From assembly GCA_947458405.1 (NCBI GenBank), contig CANGZW010000008.1:4523-68522 (forward strand): 64,000 nt of DNA, given 5' to 3'. Position numbers and translations under genes: made by a program. The notes beneath the pieces were generated by a model that saw only the letters and a list, made by a program, of their open reading frames with translations, ran no database searches and had not been told where the DNA came from. Of the stretch, positions 40,323 to 49,500 are shown piece after piece (position 1 is the first letter of the stretch; every line of letters begins with the position of its first letter). The stretch is from Leptospiraceae bacterium. GTDB lineage: Bacteria; Spirochaetota; Leptospiria; Leptospirales; Leptospiraceae.

Positions 40323-41627
40323 ATGAGAAGAAATATTGTTCATCCCGGTGCTGATGAACTCATCTATGAAATACGACAAATTGTCGGGGTAGGTAAGGCA
40401 CTTGAAAAAATGGGTGTTGAAATTACATGGGAAAATATTGGAGATCCTGTTCAAAAAGGCGAAAAAATTGCTCCCTTCATAAAGGATATTGTATTACGAT
40501 TAGTTCAGAGCGATCAATCTTGGGCTTACACAGCTACTCAAGGGTATGAAAAAACAAGAAATTACTTAGCAGAAAAAGTAAATGAAAGGGGTGGTACAAA
40601 AATTACTCCCGATGACATTTTATTTTTTAATGGATTGGGTGATGCAGTCGCTAAAATTTTTGGTTTTATGAGAAGGGAGGCCAGAATTTTGGGACCGAGT
40701 CCAGCATATTCAACATATTCTTCTGCAGAAGCGGCACATAGCGGTTATGAACATTTAACCTATGAATTAAATCCATACAATGGATGGATGCCGGATTTAC
40801 AGGATATTGAAAACAAAGTGAAATACAATGATTCAATCGCTGGTATTTTATTAATCAATCCAGATAATCCAACAGGGGCCGTGTATAATAAGGAAATAAT
40901 TAAGAAAATTGTTGAAATTTGTGAGAAGTATGACACAATATTAATTTGTGATGAAACATACGCTCATGTCAATTATTCAGGAAGTGGTTCTATTCATTTG
41001 TCAGAGTGCATAGGAGATAAAGTTTGTGGAATGGCTCTACGTTCAATATCCAAAGAATTACCATGGCCCGGATCAAGGTGTGGATGGATAGAGGTTTTCA
41101 ATAGAAAAAATGATCATGTATTTGATAGATATATAAAATCTCTTGTGGATGCAAAAATGTTGGAGGTATGTTCGACTACTTTGCCGCAAATGGCAATTCC
41201 AGAAATATATTCTTCTCCGTATTTTTTAGACCATCTAAAAAACAGAAATGAAAAGTACAAAAAAAAAGCAAAACTAGCGGTTTCTATATTAAAAGATATT
41301 CCCGGTATTCATGTTGTTGAACCCGGTGGGGGTTTCTTTTTAACAGTTGTTTTCAAAGAAGGCGTACTACGAGACAGAATGAAGCTCGAAATAAAGAACA
41401 TAAAGGCTTCAGAATACATTCATGGTCTTTTACAAAATGCAACGAATGATAGGAGATTTGTATTAAATTTACTTGCCTCTACAGGAATTTGTGTAGTACC
41501 CCTATCTTCCTTTTGTTGCAATAGAGATGGATTTAGAATAACTTTACTGGAAGAAGACATGGAAAAATTTGAATCTACTTTTAGAAAAGTAGCAGATGCA
41601 ATCAATAGCTATTTAAATAGTATATGA
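40323..41627 (+). CDS. Class I/II pyridoxal-phosphate aminotransferase (AlaA/AspC-like)
   Basis: INPDNPTG, DETYAH and the PLP-lysine context RSISKELPWPGSRCGW; 434 aa. Confidence 0.8.
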   Translation: MRRNIVHPGADELIYEIRQIVGVGKALEKMGVEITWENIGDPVQKGEKIAPFIKDIVLRLVQSDQSWAYTATQGYEKTRNYLAEKVNERGGTKITPDDILFFNGLGDAVAKIFGFMRREARILGPSPAYSTYSSAEAAHSGYEHLTYELNPYNGWMPDLQDIENKVKYNDSIAGILLINPDNPTGAVYNKEIIKKIVEICEKYDTILICDETYAHVNYSGSGSIHLSECIGDKVCGMALRSISKELPWPGSRCGWIEVFNRKNDHVFDRYIKSLVDAKMLEVCSTTLPQMAIPEIYSSPYFLDHLKNRNEKYKKKAKLAVSILKDIPGIHVVEPGGGFFLTVVFKEGVLRDRMKLEIKNIKASEYIHGLLQNATNDRRFVLNLLASTGICVVPLSSFCCNRDGFRITLLEEDMEKFESTFRKVADAINSYLNSI

Positions 41628-42403
41628 GCTCTAAAATCAAAACTATTGGGGTGATGGATTCCGGTTTTGGGGGATTATCAGTTTTATCTGAATTAGCAAA
41701 TAGTCTTCCCTCTGTGGATTATATCTATTATGGAGATCTAAAAAATTCTCCTTATGGAAAAAAATCAAGACAAGATGTACTACAATTATCTGAAGAAATT
41801 ATTCAATTTTTTATTCATGAGGGTGTTTCAGCAGTTTTACTAGCCTGTAATACGGCTACATCAGCTGCAGCAACAGAATTAAGATCGCGATACAATATAC
41901 CGATTTTTGGTATGGAACCTGCTATCAAACCTGCAGTTTTGGAAAATCAAGGTGAAAAAGTAGCTGTTTTTGCTACCTCTTTAACTTTAAAAGAGGAGAA
42001 ATTTAATAGATTAGAAAAATCTCTTCATGCAGGACATGTGATCGAACAGATCAATTGTGATGGTTTAGCAAATTTAATCGATAGTGATGATATACCTTCT
42101 TGCATAGATTTTCTCGATCCTATTTTAAAAGAATTATGTGATAGAAATATAAACAATTTTGTTTTAGGATGCACACATTACTTACTCATTCGACCCCTTT
42201 TTTATAAATATAATGATAATATTAAAATTTACGATGGAAATGAAGGTACAATCCGACATATAATTTCATCACTTTCTATCCCTGAGGTAGAAAGAGAAAG
42301 CCGAATTGAACTGTTTTTAAATGGTGGAACTGATGATGATTTTCAAATTGCCTATAGGTTTTTAAACGCAAATCCCAGGGAGGATAAAAAATATGTCAAA
42401 TGA
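41624..42403 (+). CDS. murI: Glutamate racemase
   Basis: IGVMDSGFGGLSV, with catalytic Cys contexts LACNTAT and LGCTHY. ATGA overlap with the aminotransferase gene. Confidence 0.9.
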   Translation: MSSKIKTIGVMDSGFGGLSVLSELANSLPSVDYIYYGDLKNSPYGKKSRQDVLQLSEEIIQFFIHEGVSAVLLACNTATSAAATELRSRYNIPIFGMEPAIKPAVLENQGEKVAVFATSLTLKEEKFNRLEKSLHAGHVIEQINCDGLANLIDSDDIPSCIDFLDPILKELCDRNINNFVLGCTHYLLIRPLFYKYNDNIKIYDGNEGTIRHIISSLSIPEVERESRIELFLNGGTDDDFQIAYRFLNANPREDKKYVK

Positions 42404-43427
42404 AGAAATTACATATAAAAAAGCAGGTGTAGATACACATAAAGGACAGGAGTTTATTCAAAAGATTAAGCAAAATGTTCATTCCACCCACAATCCTAGA
42501 GTGTTGGGAGGATTGGGAGGGTTTTCTGCAGCGTACGACGTTTCCTTTTTAAAAAATTTCAAAGAGCCCGTTCTATTGAGCGGAACTGATGGTGTAGGGA
42601 CTAAGTTAGAGTTGGCAAGAGTATTAAATATTCATGATACAATAGGCATTGATTTAGTAGCAATGTGTGTAAATGATTTACTTGTCAATGGAGCAGAGCC
42701 TATGTACTTTTTAGATTATATAGCCTGTGGAAAATTGGATGTTGAAAAAATGAATTCAATTGTCTCAGGTATAGTAAAAGGCTGTAAATCATGTGGAATG
42801 GCTCTTGTTGGGGGAGAAACCGCAGAACACCCGGGTATAATGAAAGAGGATGAATATGATTTAGCAGGTTTTGCAGTGGGAGCGGTAGAAAAATCCGAAA
42901 TTATAGATGGAAAAAATATCACCGATGGTGATATAATCATAGGTTTAGAATCAAGTGGTCCTCATTCCAATGGATTTTCACTCCTACGAAAATTATACCT
43001 TAAAAACGGCAGGGAACTCCCCAATGATAATTCTCAGATTGACTTTATAAAAAATTATTTATTTAAACCAACAAGAATTTACGTAGAATCCATCCTAAAA
43101 CTCTTAAGAAAAGTGGAAGTCAAGGGAATGGTTCATATTACAGGTGGTGGATTTACAGAAAATATTCCTCGAGTTTTAAATAAAAATTTTAATGCTAATA
43201 TTATTTTAGAAAATATACCAGATAACTATATATTTTCTAAAATAAGTAAAGATCATAAAATCTCTCTAAATGAAATGTATTCAACTTTTAATATGGGAAT
43301 AGGATATATTGTTATTACATCTAAGGATAAGGCAAATAATGTTATTGAAGATTTAAATCTCAACCATGAAACTGCAACCATAATTGGAGAAATAAAGTCT
43401 GGAAATGGAGTAGTTAATTTAATTTAA
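42393..43427 (+). CDS. purM: Phosphoribosylformylglycinamidine cyclo-ligase (AIR synthetase)
   Basis: YKKAGVD, GTDGVGTKL, DYIACGK and SNGFSLLRK motifs. Confidence 0.9.
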   Translation: MSNEEITYKKAGVDTHKGQEFIQKIKQNVHSTHNPRVLGGLGGFSAAYDVSFLKNFKEPVLLSGTDGVGTKLELARVLNIHDTIGIDLVAMCVNDLLVNGAEPMYFLDYIACGKLDVEKMNSIVSGIVKGCKSCGMALVGGETAEHPGIMKEDEYDLAGFAVGAVEKSEIIDGKNITDGDIIIGLESSGPHSNGFSLLRKLYLKNGRELPNDNSQIDFIKNYLFKPTRIYVESILKLLRKVEVKGMVHITGGGFTENIPRVLNKNFNANIILENIPDNYIFSKISKDHKISLNEMYSTFNMGIGYIVITSKDKANNVIEDLNLNHETATIIGEIKSGNGVVNLI

Positions 43428-44284
43428 GTTTTTAATAAAGAATTAAGTTTTTTGTACTTTTGAATAATCTCTTTAGTTTTTTCTAATCCGTTTTTATTAA
43501 TATCCGGATGATATATTTTTAAGAGCTCTTTGTATCTCGCATTTAATTTTTTTTTATCAGCATCATATTCTAAATCAAAAAATTGGAATAGTAATTTCAT
43601 TTCTTTAGGTATTTTATTTTTTATAGGTACGTTTCTCATTCTACCAAAAAGCTCATAATGATATCTTTCCCTATATTCTTCGGTTAGCTTTTCAAATGGA
43701 ATCTTTTTGTACTGCACCTGATCATCGAGATATTTTTTTAAGAATATTTCTCCACCAAAGAATGGATCAATTTGGTGCATCTCCAAAAATTCTTCAATTG
43801 TAAAACTAATGATTCGATCCATACTGAATTTATCATAAAAATAAGTATCGAATGCATCATCAAATTGAATGGTAGCCGAACTGAGAAGTAAAAGCAAATC
43901 TCTATCCATCTTATGGGTAGATAGAGCCAGAGTGATATTGTTAATAAAACTCTCCCGAATCATATTTAAAGATTTTTCATTAAAATAGATTCCTGACTGA
44001 ATAAACTCATCTTCTATGTCTCCTAAGCCCATTATTTTTTCTAATAATTGGCAGAGATAATAGGCTTCTTCTTCGTGAAAACCTGTTAACTTGGCAGGAT
44101 TAAAGACTGAATTTCTTAAAGTGTATAAAATTCTGTAATATTCTTCTTTTTTTAATTCAAGAAGATCTATTAATTGGGAAGAAGAGAGAAACCATTTGCA
44201 TTCAACAGAAATTCCCTGAATAATTGAGATAATTTCACGCAGTTGAACCCTAAAAGTCTCCTCAGTTTGGATATTGCTCCGCAA
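43424..44284 (-). CDS. Protein with C-terminal J domain (DnaJ-like), N-terminal domain unknown
   Basis: The C-terminal LNARYKELLKIYHPDINKNGLEKTKEIIQKYKKL contains the HPD tripeptide. The first ~220 aa are unassigned. The TTG start is preceded by AGGGGA and overlaps the STAS gene by 23 nt. Confidence 0.6.
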   Translation of the reverse strand: MRSNIQTEETFRVQLREIISIIQGISVECKWFLSSSQLIDLLELKKEEYYRILYTLRNSVFNPAKLTGFHEEEAYYLCQLLEKIMGLGDIEDEFIQSGIYFNEKSLNMIRESFINNITLALSTHKMDRDLLLLLSSATIQFDDAFDTYFYDKFSMDRIISFTIEEFLEMHQIDPFFGGEIFLKKYLDDQVQYKKIPFEKLTEEYRERYHYELFGRMRNVPIKNKIPKEMKLLFQFFDLEYDADKKKLNARYKELLKIYHPDINKNGLEKTKEIIQKYKKLNSLLKT

Positions 44285-44597
44285 AATCTTTATCCCCTAA
44301 AAATTTGAAATAAGAAGTGAGTCCCGCAACCTTAAATACTTTTGCCATCGGAGGCTTCATATTCGTAAGCAGGAATTGACCATCCCTTTCTTTTACAAAA
44401 TTCATTAGTTTTATAAGCATTCCAATACCAGAAGAGTCAATATAGCTTAACTTTTCCAAATTTATGATAACTTTATTATCTTTTTGGGTAATTACACCTT
44501 CAAAAAGAGTTTTTAGATCTGTGGCAGTATAGATATCTAGGCTCCCGGATAAATCTATAATATTCATCTCACCAGACTTTCTGTGATTAATGGGCAT
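44262..44597 (-). CDS. Anti-sigma factor antagonist (STAS domain, SpoIIAA/RsbV-like)
   Basis: 111 aa. LSYIDSSGIGMLIKL carries the phosphorylatable Ser context; the C-terminus has VFKVAGL. Confidence 0.8.
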   Translation of the reverse strand: MPINHRKSGEMNIIDLSGSLDIYTATDLKTLFEGVITQKDNKVIINLEKLSYIDSSGIGMLIKLMNFVKERDGQFLLTNMKPPMAKVFKVAGLTSYFKFLGDKDFAEQYPN

Positions 44598-44694
44598 TCT
44601 CTTATTCTCTTTCCTAGCTTTCTATAAAATCTATCTTTTAGCCTAAGGCTATAAAAAAAATGAAAAATAAATTATCGTCAAGTAGAAAATAAAG

Positions 44695-44916
44695 TCAGTT
44701 CATAATTTCTACAAGCTTCTTTTTTGATTTTTCCCCTTTAATTATCTGAACTTTTGATTTGGGGATTTTCAAATGTACTGAAATTTGATCAATTATATCA
44801 CGATTTGCCATTCCATCCCTGGGGGGAAAGGAAGTTCGAATAATCCAATCCGATTCAGAAAGGACTTCAATTCCCTTACTCTTAGAAGATAATTTCACAG
44901 TTATTGATAATTTCAA
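44695..44916 (-). CDS. DUF167 (YggU-like) protein
   Basis: 73 aa. PPRDGMANRDIIDQISVHLKIPKSKVQIIKGEKSKKKLVEI matches the YggU pattern. TTG start. Confidence 0.6.
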   Translation of the reverse strand: MKLSITVKLSSKSKGIEVLSESDWIIRTSFPPRDGMANRDIIDQISVHLKIPKSKVQIIKGEKSKKKLVEIMN

Positions 44917-44983
44917 GCGAAAAGTCCTTTAAATCAAAAACTTAATTTTCTAAATGACCGCGAATAAGTAAATTGTTTTTAAG

Positions 44984-46858
44984 ATGGATGGAGAAGAAAA
45001 AACTGGCTACAAAATAAGAGGTCACCATTTTAGTTTTGTTTTATTTTCCATTGCTCTTCTAACCTCAATTTTAACTGCCTACAGATTGCACTGGTTATGC
45101 GATGACGCCTTTATTACCTTTCGATACTCATACAATTTGCATAAGGGAATTGGACCCATATATAATTTAGGGGAAGAGGTTGAAGGTTATACAAATTTTT
45201 TATGGATGATACTAATTTCAACAGGTCTTAATTTTAATATCAGTCCCGAAAGAAGTAGCCAGGCTTTAGGTTTACTCAGTTATATATTAAATTTGGTATT
45301 ACTTTTTTTAGCAGGAAATAAAATTCATGAAACTAAATATGGTAAGGATAAAATTTATTTACCTCTATCTATGATTTGTTTTTCAATTCAATACCATGCA
45401 AGAGTTTACGCAACATCGGGATTAGAAACTTCTTTTTTTACTTTTCTATTATTATCAGGAAACTTAATTATTTATTTTTATATTGATCAAGTTAAATTAT
45501 GGATTGGTTTTACTTTATTAACACTTCTTTGTATGACAAGACCGGATGGATTATTATTTTATGGATTTAGCAGTGTTTTTTTCCTATTTTTTAGATGCCA
45601 AAATTTAAATTATAAGGAAATATTTCTTAAAAATCTATATATTCATCTTCCTTTTTTATTAATTTACATTCCCTATTTCTATTGGAGATACCAATTTTAT
45701 GGATATATATTTCCAAACACTTTTTATGCAAAAGAAGCAGGATCAATCTATATTTTACAAGGTATAAAATATATTTTTTTATATTTTAATACATATTATG
45801 TTTTTTATATATTATTGTTATTATTGATAATTTATTTTTTAAATCACTATTTTTTTGATATTAAAGGAGTGATTGATTTTTTTATAAAGAGAACTAATAA
45901 AGAGGGTTGGCTATCTAAAAGAAAATATAGAAACTTTTTTGGAAATAAGATAGAATATGACTATGATATTTCTGAAAATAAATTTATAAATATGGAATTA
46001 GAATGGTTCTTTTTAGCATTGATACCATCTTTTGTTTATATATCTTATCTTTGTATAATTGGGGGGGATTTCATGTTTGCAAGATTACTAATTCCTTTGA
46101 GCCCACTCTTATTCCTAGGAATTGAACTTTTTTTATATCCCTTTTTCAACGAAAAAATAATCAGATACGCGGGAATAATTATAATTTTAGCGACATTTTT
46201 TTATATCAACCCCTATAAAAAAGGAAAAGTTCCGGAAGTTTATAATATTACCGATGAGAATAAAATTTATAATATTAAAGAAATATATAAATTAAAATTA
46301 AAATTATTACCACTCAGAAAAATTTTCATGGAGGATGGTATAAAAATATCATATGGGGGAACCCAAGCAATGATTGCATACTATCTTGACCCCTTAGTTG
46401 CGATAGAAACTGTTTCAGGACTTACAGATAGCACTATTGCACATAAAAAAATTAAGATTAGGGGAAGGGTCGGACATGAAAAATCGGCAGATATTGAATA
46501 TTTAAAAAAACGAAAAATTCATTTTCATCTATTTGAAACAAATTTTTCTTTTGTGAGAAGTTATAATAAGCTAGAATTTGAAAGTATGACAACTCCATGG
46601 AGAATTATTACCTATAATCAAAAAATTCTTGATGATTTAGAAAAAACAGGAAAATTTAAATTTACTAATTTTGATGAATATTTGAATTCATATATTAAGA
46701 AAATAGATAGTATAAAAAAAGAAGAGTTTACAAAAGATTACAATGAGTTTAATGATTACTATTTTATCCAAAATAAAAATAGAGAAAAACAAGCAATTTT
46801 TCTTGGAAAAATTGATTCAATAAAAAATATTCAAGAATTAGGAAATACAAATGAATAA
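44984..46858 (+). CDS. Polytopic membrane protein, GT-C-type glycosyltransferase-like
   Basis: 624 aa with more than 10 hydrophobic segments. The first-loop acidic motif is CDDAFITFRYSYNLHKGIGPIYNLGEEVEGYTNFLW, followed by a soluble C-terminal tail. The family call is tentative. Confidence 0.55.
   Translation: MDGEEKTGYKIRGHHFSFVLFSIALLTSILTAYRLHWLCDDAFITFRYSYNLHKGIGPIYNLGEEVEGYTNFLWMILISTGLNFNISPERSSQALGLLSYILNLVLLFLAGNKIHETKYGKDKIYLPLSMICFSIQYHARVYATSGLETSFFTFLLLSGNLIIYFYIDQVKLWIGFTLLTLLCMTRPDGLLFYGFSSVFFLFFRCQNLNYKEIFLKNLYIHLPFLLIYIPYFYWRYQFYGYIFPNTFYAKEAGSIYILQGIKYIFLYFNTYYVFYILLLLLIIYFLNHYFFDIKGVIDFFIKRTNKEGWLSKRKYRNFFGNKIEYDYDISENKFINMELEWFFLALIPSFVYISYLCIIGGDFMFARLLIPLSPLLFLGIELFLYPFFNEKIIRYAGIIIILATFFYINPYKKGKVPEVYNITDENKIYNIKEIYKLKLKLLPLRKIFMEDGIKISYGGTQAMIAYYLDPLVAIETVSGLTDSTIAHKKIKIRGRVGHEKSADIEYLKKRKIHFHLFETNFSFVRSYNKLEFESMTTPWRIITYNQKILDDLEKTGKFKFTNFDEYLNSYIKKIDSIKKEEFTKDYNEFNDYYFIQNKNREKQAIFLGKIDSIKNIQELGNTNE
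46061..46067 (+). repeat. G7 homopolymer inside the GT-C-like gene
   Basis: att ggg ggg gat encodes IGGD. Read directly and currently in frame. Confidence 0.95.
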
Positions 46859-46915
46859 GTCAATCTCTAAAAATTTTATATTATTTAATCTGTCCCGGGA
46901 TTCAAAGTTTATAGT

Positions 46916-48745
46916 ATGAAGAGAATCTTTTCTAATATACTCACATTTAGATGGAGTATAGAAATGAATTCAGAATTAGAATTAGCATGGGATTTAATTT
47001 CAAATACCGATAAGATTAATCGTTCTTTTTATAAAAATCCTATAATATTTGATATGACAGAAGATAAAAATGGAGGGAGTCTTCTATACGGAAAATCGAT
47101 ATCAAGTTTGGGGATAGTCTCAAAATTTAGAGAATTTCCTTTTGAATGGATTGAAAATAATTTTTTCAGTGTTTATAGAATCTTCTCTAAGGGTCCTATT
47201 AAAAAGATGCAGTTTAGATGTAACATAATTAAAAATAAAAATGGTTTTATAGTTAATTTTCTTATTAGGCTACTACCTTCCCATTTTATATTAATTCCTT
47301 TAATAAAAATGGAAATCAATAAAAATATGATTTCTAATTTTAGAAAGACATTTAAAGAAATAGACGATTTTCTTTTGACTAAACAAGAATTAGCTATTCC
47401 TGTGTTTGGTATTCAGAAACAAAATCCTGATTTATCAAAATTAAATTATATCAAAGAAAAGTTTTTAATAATCACAAAAGATGAAACTTTTTCTTCAAAG
47501 TTAAGTTCTTATATATTAATAGCATCTGATAATGATTTAATTAAAATAAAGCCATATAAAGTTGCAAAAGTAATACATGAGGATAAAAAAAAGACTCTAG
47601 AGTTTTTTTTAAAAGCAACTAAAGAAGGATATTTTGATTTAAATTGGAATATTTTATGTCCAGATTGTAGGGGTGGAAATCAAAATTTCAAAAATCTCTC
47701 TAAATTAGAAGAAAAAGTGCATTGCAAATCCTGTAATATTGATTATGGAATTGACTTTGATAGAAATGTAGAGCTAACATTTTCTCCCAATATCTCTATT
47801 AGAGAAATAGTTGGAGGAGTTTTTTGTTTTGGGGGACCACAGAACACTCCTCATATTCGAAATCAAATTAGAATTCCTAAAAAATCATCAAAAAATATAG
47901 AGATCCCTTTAAAAAATGGTATTTATTTAATTTTTTCACCTCAATTGAAATATAATACAAGAATTAATGTAGAGAATTTATATCCTAAGGTAGAATCTAT
48001 AGAATACATTCCCATTAATCAAATTATCGAAACTTCTAATGAGAGCTTAAAAATATTTATAAATAACCCAAATGATTTTGAAATACTAGTTAAAATTGAA
48101 AAAGCTGATTGGCTCTTGGATGTGGTAACAGCTAGTGAGGTTACTGCAATGCAAGAATTTAGATTTAACTTTTCAAGTGATGTACTACGAAAAGATCAGG
48201 ATATATCTATTAAAAGTATTGCAATTCTCTTTACAGATTTAAAAGGCTCTACGATTTTTTATAATAAAAAAGGGGATACATATGCATATAAAATAGTGGG
48301 AGATCATTTTGATATTTTATTCAAATATATTTCTCAATTTAACGGAGCAATAGTTAAAACTATTGGTGATGCAGTGATGGCTGTCTTTTTAAATCCTAAG
48401 GATGCAGTTAATTATTCAATTAAAGTTCATGAAGAAATAGAAAAATTAAATATTAATTATGGGGAAGATTTACTTCAATTAAAAATTGGAATCCATTTTG
48501 GTCCTGCTTTAGTTGTAAATATGAATGATAGATTGGATTATTTTGGTAGTACAGTTAATTTGGCGGCGAGGACAGAAGGGCAGTGTAAAGGAAAGGATAT
48601 AGTGATATCTAAAAAAATATATGATATTCCAGATGTTAAAGATATTATAAAAGAATATGAATATGAAAAATTTGAAAGTGAACTCAAAGGATTCACAGAA
48701 TCACAAGTGCTAGTTAGAATAAAATCTAATATTAAGCAGAAATAA
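46916..48745 (+). CDS. Class III adenylate/guanylate cyclase with large N-terminal domain containing a CxxC..CxxC motif
   Basis: The C-terminal cyclase has ILFTDLKGST, KTIGDAVMAVF and FGSTVNLAARTE. The N-terminal ~420 aa include CPDCRGG-x17-CKSC. Confidence 0.8.
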   Translation: MKRIFSNILTFRWSIEMNSELELAWDLISNTDKINRSFYKNPIIFDMTEDKNGGSLLYGKSISSLGIVSKFREFPFEWIENNFFSVYRIFSKGPIKKMQFRCNIIKNKNGFIVNFLIRLLPSHFILIPLIKMEINKNMISNFRKTFKEIDDFLLTKQELAIPVFGIQKQNPDLSKLNYIKEKFLIITKDETFSSKLSSYILIASDNDLIKIKPYKVAKVIHEDKKKTLEFFLKATKEGYFDLNWNILCPDCRGGNQNFKNLSKLEEKVHCKSCNIDYGIDFDRNVELTFSPNISIREIVGGVFCFGGPQNTPHIRNQIRIPKKSSKNIEIPLKNGIYLIFSPQLKYNTRINVENLYPKVESIEYIPINQIIETSNESLKIFINNPNDFEILVKIEKADWLLDVVTASEVTAMQEFRFNFSSDVLRKDQDISIKSIAILFTDLKGSTIFYNKKGDTYAYKIVGDHFDILFKYISQFNGAIVKTIGDAVMAVFLNPKDAVNYSIKVHEEIEKLNINYGEDLLQLKIGIHFGPALVVNMNDRLDYFGSTVNLAARTEGQCKGKDIVISKKIYDIPDVKDIIKEYEYEKFESELKGFTESQVLVRIKSNIKQK

Positions 48746-48746
48746 A

Positions 48747-49457
48747 ATGATTAATGGAAATGTTTTAATAACCGGTGGTATGGGCGGAATTGGCTCTTGT
48801 GTAGTAGAAATCTTATCTTATCAAGAAATATCTTGTATTACAATTGATAAAAAAATAAATAGAGATTTATTTAAAAATGAAATATTTATGGAAGTAGATT
48901 TAAATTATCCTGAAAAAATTAAAGATAAAGTATTTCCATTAAATTATAATATTTTAAATTTTGTTCATTGTGCAGGGTATGGTGGACCCTTTGTGGATAT
49001 AGTAAATTTAAGTGAAATCAATTTTATAAATATTTTTAATATAAATTTATTTTCTGCTTATTTCATTTTAAAAGAGTTATTACCTGATTGGAAATTAAAA
49101 AAATATGGTAGATTCTTAGGGATTGCATCTTCTCTTTCCATTGTAGGCGCTAAAAACTCTGTAGCCTATTCAAGCTCAAAACATGCCCTTGTGGGATTTG
49201 TGAAATCAATTGGAGCGGAGTGGGGGGAATATGGTATTACATCTAATTGCATAAGTCCTGGATACGTAGATACAAAAATGGGTATCCAAGAAGAAGAAGT
49301 ATCCGATCACAAAAGAAAAATAATCGAAATGACACCTTCAGCGAAAATATCACATCCAAATGAAATTGCAAGGGTTGTAAATTTTATTTTAGATGTTGAA
49401 TCAAGTTATATCAATGGTAGTAATTGGACAGTGGATGGTGGGATTACTGCTATTTAA
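48747..49457 (+). CDS. Short-chain dehydrogenase/reductase
   Basis: TGGMGGIG, HCAG and the YSSSKHA catalytic motif. It starts 2 nt after the cyclase stop. Confidence 0.8.
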   Translation: MINGNVLITGGMGGIGSCVVEILSYQEISCITIDKKINRDLFKNEIFMEVDLNYPEKIKDKVFPLNYNILNFVHCAGYGGPFVDIVNLSEINFINIFNINLFSAYFILKELLPDWKLKKYGRFLGIASSLSIVGAKNSVAYSSSKHALVGFVKSIGAEWGEYGITSNCISPGYVDTKMGIQEEEVSDHKRKIIEMTPSAKISHPNEIARVVNFILDVESSYINGSNWTVDGGITAI

Positions 49458-49459
49458 AA

Positions 49460-49489
49460 ACCGGTGATTTTTTATTTATTATCACCGGT
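49460..49489. terminator. Hairpin between convergent SDR and htpX genes (possible bidirectional terminator)
   Basis: ACCGGTGAT / ATCACCGGT 9-bp stem with a 12-nt T-rich loop, in a 43-nt intergenic gap. Confidence 0.5.
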
Positions 49490-49500
49490 GTACTATAATT

